From: Octopus vulgaris
Lineage: Eukaryota
Direction: 5' to 3'
NCBI GenBank assembly: GCA_951406725.2
Contig: OX597815.1
Coordinates: 131,998,001 to 132,062,000 of the forward strand
DNA: 64,000 bases
Notes under the pieces: generated by a model
The model's input: the letters and a program-made list of their open reading frames with translations, nothing else
Told to the model about the DNA's origin: nothing
The model's database searches: none
Part shown: one piece after another, positions 51,460 to 64,000 of the stretch
Position numbering within the stretch: position 1 is the first letter of the stretch
Layout: every line of letters begins with the position of its first letter
Translations under genes and position numbers: made by a program

Positions 51460-51796
51460 GAGACCCCCTTCGGTCATGAATGACCATGAGATTGCACGTA
51501 GAAAGTTACCCTCTGAGGCACGAGTCCGGGCAAGGTTGTTTTGTGGAAGACCAGCAGTCGCCCATGCATACCAGCCTCCCCTCTTTACATAACTGATGCT
51601 ATCCAAGGAAAAGGCAAAGGCCGATACAACTTGGCACTAGTGATGTCGCAACTCATTTCTACAGCTGAATTAACAGGAGCAACGTGAAATAAAGTCTCCT
51701 GCTCAAGAACACAACACACAGCCCGGTCCGGGAATCGAAATCACAACCTCACGATCGTAAGCTTGACGCTCTAACCACTGGGCCTTGCGCCTTCAC
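51460..51796 (-). mobile_element. tRNA-derived SINE, family 3
   Basis: Minus head gtgaaggcgcaaggcccagtggttagagcgtc...gatttcgattcccggaccggg; colinear with 62292-62629. Confidence 0.85.
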
Positions 51797-53280
51797 ATTA
51801 CGATATAATAACTATCAAATTATATTCGCTTGAATTTTATATAGTCTTTAATATGTATATATTTCCCATAAGCATATTTTATATTTGATATTTTACGACC
51901 ATTACTTATTAATATGCCCTTATGTAGCTATTATCACGATTGCATCATTGGGGTCTACCACATAGTCGTTATAATTGTTCAACTATCCATCTCATCGATC
52001 GATCTTCTTTTATAATGAATACTCCTTACTTTTTAATTTTTGTTTAAAAAGATAAATAAATTTAACCCTCTTTCAGAGAACTGATAATATCCAGAGGGTT
52101 GGATATAATTGCTTTCTCCCAGATTTCTATTAGCATTGCTATTTATCACTCTAGAACATACCTTACTACGAGTTAACATGTGATAGCCAGATATCGACAT
52201 GAGCTTTTAAATGCACGTTACGAGGTTTTTATTTGAATTGTACTAAATACATACACATACGTACACACATACATATAATTTATGTACATACATATGTATG
52301 TGTGTGTTTGCATGTGTGTGCGTGTGTTTGTAGAGATATAAAATAGGCAGAAATTATAAACTATATACCTTTATTTATTATTATTGGTTTATAGCTGTTT
52401 CAGATACGTGTCTGGGTGCGTTCATGGTTCAATATCATCAATCGAACGATCAATCTACTGAAATATATGGAACCAGCCTACTAATGATATCTTCTTCACA
52501 ACTAAAACAAATCATGTGTGTGTGTTTGTGTCAATGTATGTATGTACGTACGTATATGTGTATTATGTATAAATCCATATATATGTGTGAGTTTAGAAGA
52601 ATCACACAGGGAATGACATTTCTTTTCTCAGTAACACTAAGTGGATCAATAAAAGTAATTTCAAGCTTGTCGAAGGAAGCAAAGATTCTAAGAATTGAGA
52701 CAAGATGAGTGACGCAATCGTATTATAGATCCTTAATGTCTAACGCAGTAGCAGCAAGACATAACTGCGGAGGCTTATACAGACAAGTTTACAATTTCAA
52801 CACATATCTCATGTACAAGATCAGAAAGACTCTAAATAATTTCATTAAAAATCTGAATTCCTTGATCATCTCTAAAAAGTAGCTTTACAGAGCTACCAAC
52901 CGGACTTAAAATCTAAACTCTTGTATATAAACTAGTTGAAACACATTCTACTCAGAGCTTGGACCTTTGCTTCCTGGTAGATTTGAATATTGAAAATACC
53001 TCATATAATTTATTCATACAACCTAACCTTCCTCGTACTTTCTTCCGAAGCTGTTTAATGAAGACAAGATAATATTCTCGCTTCGTTTATAATTAGCTCA
53101 CGACATAATTAGCTCACGATATTTCGAATAGGATATAAGTAGGTGGACTAATGATGTACAGTAGCACTTATAACAGTTAGTTGAAGTTGTAAGTATTTAA
53201 TAACAGATTGACTCAGTACCATATTATATAGAGATTGGCAGACACAGCTGCACGTATTCATCTTCACATATAATTGAGAC

Positions 53281-53772
53281 AGAATAAAGAGTATTTAAAG
53301 ATGAGAATATCTGAATTTTCATAAGGCGGCGAGCTGGCGGAAGCGTTAGCACGCCAGGCGAAATGCTTTGCGGTAATTTCGTCCTGTCTTTAGGTTTTCA
53401 GTTCAAATTCCGCCGAGGTTGACTTTGCCTTTAATCCTTTCGGGGTCCTTAAATTAAGTACCAGTTGCGTAATTGGTTCGATTTAATCGACTGCCCCCCA
53501 AATTTCGGGCCTTGTGCTTAGAGTAGAAAAGAATAAAGAGAACGTAAAGATGAGAATATCTGAAACTTCATAATGTGGTGAGCTGGCAGAAATATTAGCA
53601 GGCTGGGCGAAATGCTTAGCGGTATTTTGTCTGTCGTTACGTTCTGAATTCAAATTCCGCCGAGGTCGACTTTGCCTTTCATCCTTTCGGGGTAGATAAA
53701 TTAAATACCAGTTGCGTGCTGGAGTCGATCTAATTTCGGGCGTTGTGGCTAGAGTAGAAAAGAATATCTGAA
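53281..53772 (+). mobile_element. Two tandem SINE family 2 monomers with duplicated flank
   Basis: SINEs at about 53325-53530 and 53575-53760, each preceded by taaagatgagaatatctgaa..ttcataa; agaatatctgaa recurs at 53761. Confidence 0.8.
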
Positions 53773-55907
53773 TAATCGGGTCACGTGGATATTTTGGGTT
53801 AGTTTGGCAAATTAATAATACCAGTTAGCGACGCCAGTTACTGCCATTGAACGAGGCGTAGGTATTCGGATCAGAGCTGCGTAGCGAAATTTTAGCCGGT
53901 TGAGGGTAATTAATATATATTACAATGATGATACGAAAAAGAGAAATGACTTCAGTAAAGGAAAGCAGGATTTTATAATCTGCAGATGTGCTCGGACCGA
54001 TTAGGTCTATAGCATTTCTCGAGTGTTACGAACAGACAGTGTTGGGAAAATCTTTAAAAGAACATTATCTAACAACAATGAGATAGATGCTATTTCAGTT
54101 CTGTTTTATTTTTTCACCGAAATAAAATCATTCTTACTCATCAAATTCGAAATACTCAGAAGTAATCCACATAGCCAAATACTGACACTGCAATACATTT
54201 AGTGACGTATAAAAATACCGAGAGTTCCGAATAGCCTCAACTCGCATGAAATTATATCTGTATTCATTACACGCTTGGTAATTCTGAACATTGTAATGCC
54301 AGCACCGTAGAAGAAATAATGCTTTTGTTTTTATGGAGAGGTGCATGAAGAGATTACTAAGGATCCTAGTTCTTGAACGACCATCATGGAGTTGGTCATT
54401 CACTAACTAATATTCCTCAGAATTTATTTTAGCAAATGTCTATGTTTACCGTGAGGATTACTTGGTCGACATGATAAACCTCAGATGTTCTAAAAGTTGA
54501 TTAACTGGGACATTCTTGGTCTGTTGATTATGTGGAACCTTCTTTGTATAACTGCTTCTTCTCGTTTTATATATAATCGTGTCGACGATGACGTGGAACA
54601 CATCATCAGACTATTTCTATTACATAGTCGTAGCTGGTCGTAATTACACAGCAGCATCATTAGTTACCTGCTTTCTTTTTTGTTGTTGTTGTTTTTTTCT
54701 CTTTTTTTTTTTTGTCACAGATGAGATCTGCGTGGCAGTAAACCTAAAGATTCCACTGAAGTTGAAATTTCTGCAGGATAATGCACTTTTCCTTCCTGAT
54801 CAACAACATTTTCAACTGAAATATACATATGGCTATTAACTGGATATGTCCGCAAAAGCTGCAAGTTTATACTATTGCCAAACGTATTTCAATTAGTAAA
54901 TCTTGCAGTTTGAGAAACAGTTTCTACACAAAATTGCTTTCTGTTTTAATTAATGCATCATACAGACCCTAGTTACACGGATCTATTACCACTACTAGGA
55001 ATTTTTCTCACTCTAGCATGCAAAAGAGTCTTAACAAAATGATCTGACAGCTAATCGCTAGTGCTTGAATCGCATGTTTTTAGTTTGCATATTTTAGTCG
55101 TGTTTCTAACGATGACAACCTAAGAGAAAGAAAGATTTCGTGAGATTATATTTTTCTCAAAATAAGTTGCGGGTTGTGACCAAAGAGGAGGTGCTGGCTG
55201 GTGTTGCTAAATTATTAATATCAGATCAGTTATTTAGGGCAGATGACAGTTGGGAAATATATACTGTTTGTCGACGAAAGTTAGTACTGCAGATTTCATA
55301 TGTTTTCCGTATTTCCAGATTGAAGTATTTCTTTTGAACTTGATATTTCAACTTTTCCCGTGGTTTGCCAAGACGTTTGAGTCAAAGTTAAAGGACAATT
55401 TTTCATATGATTTCAATATGAAAAAATCTCAAGAAATGAATTAAAGTACGCAGATGTATGTATATGCATGTGTGTATGCGTTCGATATATATATATGTCT
55501 GTGTCTTTGTGTGTGTGTACCACTAAAGTGGACAAAAAGATGGGGATGCAACTACCAGTAACAGCAAAAGATTACGGTATTGAGTCGCTATTATCTAATG
55601 AGCTATATATTCCATTTCTTATACACTTATTATGCAAATACCTACGATATGAACACCGAAAGGGCTGGCTTCAGAACACCTCCTGCCGAGGGCCCAGCAA
55701 ACAGTTTTGCATTCTCCAAATATAATCGACAAGTTAAACTTTATAAGACATTACGAGTGTTTTCCTTTGAAGTTTCCTTCGTTGGAAATGTGCACCAAAT
55801 TCCTATTTGTAAAACACAAACACAAGCATTAACATTAAAGAAGCGCACAAACTTGTGTACTAAAGTGCTACACACCACACGAGTGCAAGATCAACCAGGA
55901 TACATAT

Positions 55908-55978
<71 letters not shown>

Positions 55979-56015
55979 TAGATAGAGAGATAGAGAGAGG
56001 GAGATATAGATATAT

Positions 56016-56048
<33 letters not shown>

Positions 56049-56049
<1 letters not shown>

Positions 56050-57078
56050 TATCATTAAAGACCCGTCGTTGCCGTGTCATAGTGCTAGTGCATGTATATA
56101 TGAGTATATATATGTGTACATATTACATGTACATCTATATATATACATTCACACATAAAATACAATATACAAAGTTATATCTTGATATCGCTAGTGATAA
56201 CAATACTCAAAATATATACCAGACTAGAATTGTTAGCCCGTCTCTTGTAATTTCGATCAATTATATCTTGTCCTCCCTCTTGTATAGAAGTGTGGCTACA
56301 ATCCAGCCTACCTCTACTTCTTTGGGGGCATTAACATTTTTTTCCGATACGTCCTACGTCTCAGATGTAAAGGTAAAAATAAGATATTTCCACTTTGCAA
56401 GTTCGAGTCGAGTATTCCCTTGCACGCTTCGTTGACTCGAACCTTGCTTCTATTGTGGCGAATTTACCGCCTCTGATTAGATATCTTTCATAGTCACACC
56501 AAGACACTTTTCGAAGGTGCTTTCCTCCATGTGTTCAAATCTTCTTTTTTCTCTACATTGTATACAATAGTCTTTTCTTTAATTTAATTTTTTTATTATT
56601 CATCTGGACTATTCCATTTCTGCACGCTAATTTTATTTTTATTTTATTCCCATTCATATGAAACCACTTATCCAAGTTCAAGTCATTGATGCAATTTTAT
56701 ATCATTGCTATTTTTACTTTTGTTATGTTACGATTATATTATACTTTAGTTTGATTTTAATTATTACTTACTACATATAATTCAATTGTTATTATTATTT
56801 TATTGTTAAAGTGAAAGTATCTGACATAAAATAGAGAAATGTTTTTGTTTCACTTTTAACACGTAATACTGAAATAGTGGAGAAGATATGATATTGCTGT
56901 GGGCTCACTCTAGGCAAGAAGTTGAACATTTTTTTGCCCATGAAACTACATGGACCCTAAGTAAGGCATGTGTAAAATCTGAATGAAATTGGTTGTGTAG
57001 TTCTCAGTTTAAGTTTTAGACAGACAGACATTCTCATATATATAAATATATATATATATAGACAGACATTCTCAGTTT

Positions 57079-57092
<14 letters not shown>
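56049..57092 (-). mobile_element. Non-autonomous Helitron, longer copy of 13806-14550
   Basis: Reverse complement colinear with the 14-kb copy; 3' hairpin gacacggcaacgacgggtc then atag; duplicated 5' end; extra about 305-bp internal segment. Confidence 0.85.
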
Positions 57093-57132
<40 letters not shown>

Positions 57133-58309
57133 ACTGACGTAATCTTTCGTGATCACTTCAGCAACTCCTCACACTATGTGTCGTGTCACACCCTGTTCGC
57201 TAAATAGCATTATTTAGAGAAGAAGGGGAGACAGAAGGGATGAAGTGTTGCTGAAGGGATCGCAAGATGTGTGACGAAAGATTTTCAAACAAAGTCCATA
57301 AATCACCCATGACATATATGTGAAAAATCATGTACATATGCAGACATCAACGAAATACGAACCATCCCATGACTTGTCTGGATTTAAACAAAGGAAGCTT
57401 GTCACTTTGTAAATGACCGACTTGAATATTGGAAAGGAAAAAGACTTTAAAAAATAAAGAAAAATTATATAGGCATAGATATATGTATGAGCGCCTTGTC
57501 TTTCTATATATGTGTTCATATGTGTGTGTTGGTGTCAGCTAATGTAGGGCTATTCTATGTAAAACACTGAAAATGCAATATATAAATGGAGCATAATTTC
57601 CGCTCTCCTTTTCTCTTTTGTGTCATTCTCTTACAACATACGCATCAATCAGCCTAGGATTCTGCATATAAAATGTATGCATACGTACATCTATGATTAT
57701 ATACGCAAACAAAGCTGTAATCTGTTCTTCCAATAAATGTCCTTTGCTAAAATAACAAATATATGCCTTCAGGTATTTTGGAAAAAGAAAAATGCGAAAA
57801 ATGTAACACAAACGTTTTAAACTACATTAGAATATTAGAAGTTACATCAATTTTTAAACAGCAGAAATTGCGAAAACTTTTATCAGGTAACAAATATTTA
57901 CAGCAACCGTAAAAAGTTACCCAGTTTTGGAAGGAAAATATTGTGTATGACATTACTTGTAGCCAGCGGGGTATTTGCTCACTTTTGCTGCCGTACATCG
58001 ATCAGATATATTAAAACTTGATTTTATGTTCTTTTATGGTACTCATGTCTCCAATATATACACAGCACACACAAACACACACACAAACAAACACACAAAC
58101 ACACACACACACAAACGCACACGCATACACACACATATATGCATAGACACCCACGCAAACACACACACGTATATATATCTATATACATACAAATATATAT
58201 ACAGAAATAAGTATGCTTAAACATTTTATATCCATCTATCAATGTATATTATATATATAAATATTTGTGTGTGTGTATATTTATATTTTCGTGTGTTTGT
58301 ATGAGTATG

Positions 58310-58454
58310 TATATATATATACATATATACATATACATATATACATATACATATATACATATATACATATACATATATATATATATACATATACATATAT
58401 ACATATACATATATACATATATACATATATACATATACATATATACATATATAC

Positions 58455-58490
<36 letters not shown>
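58310..58490. repeat. (TATACA)n/(TA)n microsatellite
   Basis: Direct reading. Confidence 0.9.
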
Positions 58491-58492
<2 letters not shown>

Positions 58493-59367
58493 TCATACAC
58501 ACATGCATATGTGAATATACATATTTTTTGTGTATGTATGTATTATGTGTGTATGAATATATAAATATATGTGTTTTCAACGACACAAATATATACAACA
58601 TTGATTTATTGAAGGGTACACAACATGAGTTGCACTAAACACATGTTATAACAGTAACTTCGAAATGTTGCCAGGGGCGGCTTATACGATCAATATATGA
58701 AGGCCAGCAAAGATATTAAATTTTTTTTTTGTACCTAGGAAACATGGGATTCGCCAAGTTAGCAGGAGTCAAGGATCAATAAAATTCATGCTATGATTAA
58801 ATGACAAAGATTAGTACTAAATTTGTGAAGAAGTGTTAAAATTTCGAGAATGAAATGATGTTGCTCATGGTAAAATGGAGGCCAAGATATTTATAGAAGA
58901 GATACGTTGGTACAAATCATGAATACAAGAAGTTAGATAGGTGTAAAATTCAATAGGCATGTGATTTTTTTCACCACCAACGTCGTATTCCTAACAGCAT
59001 ATATGCATCGATACACACATCTTCATATATCTGGTGTCATTATCATGTTATCACATACGTTCATTCGCACATTTACTTATCTCTCTGTATTCTCTCATTC
59101 TCTTCCTCTTTAAATGTACGTATATATAAAAGCATATCACAAAATCACCGTATCGAATAAACTATCAAATTTTGCTTCCAATATTAGTCACACTATACCT
59201 CGCACTATTGCAGCTTTGAAATGATCCCCCCATCAGCTAGTCAGTTAGGCCATATATATGTGTGTGTGTGCGTGTGTGTGTGAATGCGTGCGTGTGTTTG
59301 TGTGACTGTATGTGTAAATATATATATACATAAAATCTAAATAATCAACATGATATCAAGAGGTGAT

Positions 59368-59451
59368 GCAGTACGACCGTTTCAAGTGGCTCCATTTAAT
59401 TGAAAAATGCAATCATTACAACAATTTCAACGATGGGCAATCCTCAGCCTC
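59368..59451 (-). ncRNA. Hammerhead motif, left-arm copy (stem I partly decayed)
   Basis: Minus strand: GAGG-CTGAGGA-[long hairpin]-GAAAC-GGTC-GTA-CTGC. Confidence 0.5.
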
Positions 59452-59664
59452 ATAAATAACTAGAATTTTTAATCAGTTGAACTCATTAATATAATTTTAC
59501 TCAAATTCTCTAATAAAGCAAGGAGGAAAGAGTCCATGTTGCTACTAATGTATCCTTAGCTACATAAGTAGCAACTTGGACACTTTCCCTTTTCTTGCTC
59601 TATTAGAGAATTTGGGTAAAGTTATATTAATGTGTCCAACTGATTAAAAATTCTATTTATTTAA

Positions 59665-59748
59665 GCAGCTGAGGATAGCCCTGCATTTAAACTGATGTAA
59701 TGGTTGGATTTTTTAATTAAATGGCGGTGCTTGAAACGGCCGTACTGC
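59665..59748 (+). ncRNA. Type-I hammerhead ribozyme motif with long stem II
   Basis: GCAG-CTGAGGA-[TAGC..CATTTAA...TTAAATG..GCTT]-GAAAC-GGCC-GTA-CTGC. Stem I GCAG/CUGC; palindromic stem III ACGGCCGU. Confidence 0.7.
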
Positions 59749-60094
59749 ATCACCTCTTGATATTCCGTTGCTTATTTTGATTTTATTCACCTTACTTTTG
59801 AGTTGTACGGATAATACCGCACTGGCTTGGCGCTTCAACGTAAGTACCTAACTCAACTGAATCTCAATTATATATATATATATATATACATATGTATACA
59901 CACACATACTCCCACTCATACACACACATACTTATGGTTATAAGAGGGAGAAATGTTATAAATCCAAAAGCTATTATTTATCTCCATTGAAGAGTAGATG
60001 TATTAGAAAACAAAATACAGCGTTAGTTACTGCTGTGCGGAAATACGACACCCACTGGCGAGAATGGACTGGTACACTACATAAAAATAGTAAC

Positions 60095-61070
60095 AGTCTG
60101 AGTACGTGAGTGGTGGCAAGTCCATGTCATCTTCCAACGTCGTCGGACGCTGGACAGGCGGTCCGATGAAAATGCTTGGGGTCTGGTTTGATCCAGTCCA
60201 CCAGACAGAGAAGAATTGGAGCGAGGTTACGGGCTGGGTGGCGTCCATGACTGAGACCTGGTCTGGATGGAGGCTACCCCTAAAAGGGAGGGCGGATGTA
60301 GCAAATATATTTATCTCATCTGTTATTACCTATCGCCTAAACGTCGTGCCGTGCCCCGATTCCTGGCAAAAGTTGAAACGCATGCTCTTTTACATCTTGT
60401 GGAAGGGCAGGCAGTCTCTTATAAGATACTATATCTGCTGCCAACAGCCTGTAAAGGGTGGGTTAGGGATGCCATGACTAAAGATGTGCGGGCATGCGCT
60501 GAGGTTGAAACATCTCTGACTATACCTGAATGGTGAGCGGGTGTGGTCTCCGTTCGTTGATGAGATATTTCCAAGGTTAACCTCTTTTGGTAAACTGGAA
60601 TGCTGGATCAGACGTAGACCAAGGTGAGAGCTAGGCAAGCAGATTGTCGACAGGCCTCGTGCTTCTCTCCCGAACGAGCAGTGGGGATACCAACTCTGTG
60701 TACTATAGAGGTCTGGTACAAGGCAAGTGTGATGACGACCTGGGGGAGTCTTCGGGTTTCGATGAAAGTCAGCTTTCCGACCTGCATCGAAGTACTTTTG
60801 GTCCTGGACCTATGGACAACATACAAGAGGTCCCTAGTTTGGCTGTTCTTCCGATGGGCCTTGCCATTTCGGGATAAACTGGCGAGACACGGCCTTACAG
60901 CTTTGCCTATGTGCCCATGCTGCGGGCAGAACAACGAAACTGTTCTTCATGCAATCGTACAGTGTTCGAGTCTCTGTGTGTTCCTACCGAACGAGTATTT
61001 TCACATCTGGGGAGAGTACAGCTGTCAGCCGAATCGATTATTGAGATCGTTCAACCATATCCTGTAAAAG
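60095..61070 (+). mobile_element. Decayed L1/Tx1-like LINE fragment (post-RT region + zinc knuckle)
   Basis: PMKMLGVWF..EKNWSEV..LKGRADVANIFISSVITYRLNVVPCP..GGLGMP; CPCCGQNNETVLHAIVQC; homologous to 48700-49600. Confidence 0.85.
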
Positions 61071-61098
61071 GAGAATAGAAATTCTGCTTTTAGGACGT

Positions 61099-61180
<82 letters not shown>

Positions 61181-61340
61181 GGGTGGATGTAAGAGGAACA
61201 ATAAGCGAAAATGCACATTGGAAATAAAAAAAAACATTAAAAGCTTTTTATGAAAAGTATCGAAAGATATATACAATTAAATGAACTGAGGTAGGAATTA
61301 AAGTAATAAAAGTCATTATTGTGAATTGCTAAAGAGATTT

Positions 61341-61379
61341 AAAAGCATACCGGTTTCATAATTTACTAATCATCGCTTT
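61341..61379 (-). ncRNA. Degenerate minimal hammerhead in Penelope 3' pseudo-LTR
   Basis: Minus strand: AAAGC-[ACT missing]-GATGA-TTAGTAAATTAT-GAAAC-CG-GTA-TGCTTT; palindromic ACCGGU; stem I AAAGC(A)/UGCUUU. Confidence 0.55.
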
Positions 61380-62291
61380 GAATACAACTAATCATTGATT
61401 AGAACGCACACCGGTTAATGAACGGTGTCATGTCTATTATTCCCTGAGAAAAAAATATTATGTGTAAGGGAGGTAAGTAGTTCTGGATTTGGTGCAATTA
61501 GGGTAGATATAGATCTATAATGTGAATGGTGTATAGGATGTATGGGGGTTAGTGGTATTAATTGAAAGGTTAGTAGTGTTCTGTATGACGTTATGTGTTC
61601 ATATATAGTTGGAGAAGATATTTATTGATGAAACTCTTTATTCATTCTTTGTTGCACTGATGTGATCTGTGAACATTGATAAAAGGGGAAAATTAGGAAG
61701 TTAGGATTAAGATTCCTAGCACACCTTTCTATGTGTTCACTAACCTGCAACTGTCTGTATTTTGGGTGGCAGATTTTTTCTTTGTGGAGAGGGGTTCTTC
61801 GACGTATTGATATTCCCGTTTGGTCAATATAATTGTTACCACATCCTAAGCATGTCATGGCATAGATTAGATTTTCTGAGGCACAAGTGAAATTTGATTT
61901 GATCCTAAATATTTTACCTTGTTTAAAGTGGAATTATGAGCCCTTGAAAAGGTGGGGGCATGTACTACAGTTAGGTCGACCACATTTTTTCACATTTTGC
62001 TCTCTTGTTAATGGATATAATCTTGTGCTAGTTAATATTTTTCTGCGATTTAGGTTGCATTTTGCCTTTGATAATTTTGTTTGACCTTAATATTTTGTTG
62101 TTTTATCTCCTGTGAGGATGGGAAGATTTTGGGTGATAATGTTGAAGGCTTCGTTGTTTCTAGGGTTATGTGTGGAGATGTACGGGAGTATTATTAAGTC
62201 TGGTTTAGTACTTCAGTTGGCTTCCCTTAATGTTTGTATATCTATTTCCTTAGCTCGTTTGATGCCATCATTTTTTAGGGATATTGGGTAA

Positions 62292-62629
62292 GGGTAAAGA
62301 CCCCCTTCGGTCATGAATGACCATGGGATTGCACCTAGAAAGTTACCCTCCTAGACACAAGTCTAGGCAAGGTTGTTTATGGAAGACCAGCAGTCGCCCA
62401 TGCATACCAGCCTCTCTCCACACCACCAGTGTTATCCAAGGGAAAGACAAAGGTCGATACAGCTTGGCACCAGTGACGTCGCAACTCATTTCTACAGCTG
62501 AGTGAACTGGAGCAACGTGAAATAAAGTGTCTTGCTTAAGAATACAACACGCAGCCCGGTCCGGGATTCGAGCTCACAACCTCACGATCTTAAGCTCGAC
62601 GCTCTAACCACTGAGCCATGCGCCTTCAC
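62292..62629 (-). mobile_element. SINE family 3 inserted into the Penelope ORF with a perfect 14-bp TSD
   Basis: TSD gggatattgggtaa at 62278-62291 and 62630-62643; head gtgaaggcgcatggctcagtggttagagcg...gagctcgaatcccgg. Confidence 0.9.
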
Positions 62630-63549
62630 GGGATATTGGGTAATGTCTTTTAATTAGTATTGATCTAAATTCAAGGAGTCTTTGTTCACGAGTGTAGGTG
62701 TCAGAAACAATGGTACAGATTCTTTTCGCTAGATTATAAGGTATATTAATTTTTATGTGTTTGGAGTGGCATGAGTTAAATAGTAGGTATTGTTTAGAAT
62801 CTGTAGGTTTATAAAAGATGTCTGTTTCTATGTAGTTATTGACTATTTTAATTAGGATGTCAAGAAAAGGGAGTTGCTTACTGTTGTGTTCCATGGTGAA
62901 TTATATGTTGCTATTAATATTGTTAAGCATTATTTTGAAATAGAGGAGTTTGTCCATGCTGTCTTTCCAAACTAGAAAGCAATCATCCAAATACCTCTTC
63001 CAGTTCTCTTTTAAATAGCGATGAAATGAGGTGCCATATTTTTGTTATGATGATTGATATAACTTAAGCTCTAGGTAACCCATTACAAGGTTCGCAATCA
63101 CTGGAGCAGCTCGGGTTCCAATTGCAATCCCACATTTTTGTCGATGGTAAACTGTATCGAACATGAAATAGTCGTTCAGTAGGATGAATTTGAGTTCTGC
63201 GATTATGAATCAGTGGTTAATGTGTCCTGGGATCTCTTCTGGGTATTTTTCTAGCCAGAAGGTGATGACCTCTATACCATAGTCATGTGGGATATTGATG
63301 TACGAATTCACCACATCGAATGATACTAACAGGGTTCTTTCAGTTACTGTCTTCGGGTCTTCTATAACATATACATCCCATACACCATTCACATTACAGA
63401 TCTATATCTACCCTAATTGCACCAAATCCAGAACTACCTACCTATGGCAACAGACGCTATGAAAAACCGATGAATAAAAAGGAAGTTACTCTAATAGGTA
63501 AAAACAAGAAACACAATAAAAGATATAAAATACATTATTTTGTTATTAG

Positions 63550-63607
<58 letters not shown>

Positions 63608-63689
63608 GGCATTTATGTATAGTAATGCCCTTAATATAAATAAATATATTTAAAGGGAATAATAAATTTTTCCCTTATGAGGTTTTTTT

Positions 63690-63860
63690 TCACGCTAACC
63701 ACTCATTTACTTATTTATTTTCCTAAAATGTTCGTTGCGTCTTGCAACCGGTAAATTATAAGGCACTAAAGGTGAATTACTCTCGCCGGACACAACAGAA
63801 TATGCTTCAACACACGAACTCACATAAAGAATCTTGCAAACCAAATCCGAAAACGAGACA
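63690..63860. repeat. Rearranged copy of the 34.5-kb repeat (direct piece fused to an inverted piece)
   Basis: 63715-63750 matches 34660-34692 directly; 63753-63855 matches rc of 34515-34617. Confidence 0.7.
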
Positions 63861-64000
63861 ATATTTGTTTATGAAAAACATTTATTTCTTTTGGAGAGTC
63901 GGATTTATTACATTGTATAGACCCTCATATTAGGAATGGCGTTTTATCTTTTTTTCTAGTTGGTTTGATGTATTTCTATGCTTGTGATTTATCCAAGACT

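Larger units (their letters stand above)
59330..59786. repeat. 457-bp imperfect palindrome carrying a hammerhead motif in each arm
   Basis: Arms 59330-59552 and 59561-59786 around loop tccttagc; e.g. atatcaagaggtgatgcagtacg.ccgtttcaag / cttgaaacggccgtactgcatcacctcttgatat. Confidence 0.9.
61260..63443 (-). mobile_element. 5'-truncated Penelope-like element (RT + GIY-YIG) with inverted partial pseudo-LTR
   Basis: LVSFDVVNSYINIPH, GIAIGTRAAPVIANLVMGYLE, WKRYLDDCF, LPFLDILI..DIFYKPTD..SCHSKHIK; NLIYAMTCLGCGNNYIDQT; 61471-61543 recurs inverted at 63371-63443. Confidence 0.9.

Noticed and set aside
51720-51796. tRNA-like A/B-box sequences (also about 4030-4104, 45180-45258, 62550-62629)
   Set aside because: They are SINE heads continuing into shared SINE bodies; no complete cloverleaf.

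Overview
Eukaryotic, AT-rich, repeat-dominated DNA, probably from an octopus or related coleoid cephalopod (an inference from the SINE families and the dense TA/CA/CATA/GATA microsatellites). No host protein-coding gene can be confidently identified, and most six-frame ORFs are microsatellite artefacts. The main intact feature is a near-complete 4.3-kb R4/Dong-clade RLE LINE (minus strand, inserted in (TAA)n, one 1-bp frameshift). Decayed elements include further Dong copies, a HERO-like RLE LINE, L1/Tx1 and CR1/L2 LINEs, two Penelope-like elements, two mariners, a mariner-derived foldback, two non-autonomous Helitrons and at least four tRNA-derived SINE families. The most interesting signal is a dispersed set of type-I hammerhead ribozyme motifs (CUGANGA...GAAAC-palindrome-GUH). 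Several have long stem II hairpins, one pair sits on opposite arms of a 457-bp palindrome, and one degenerate copy lies in the 3' end of a Penelope element. Many foldback (potential dsRNA) structures also occur. All ribozyme calls were folded by eye and none is tested.
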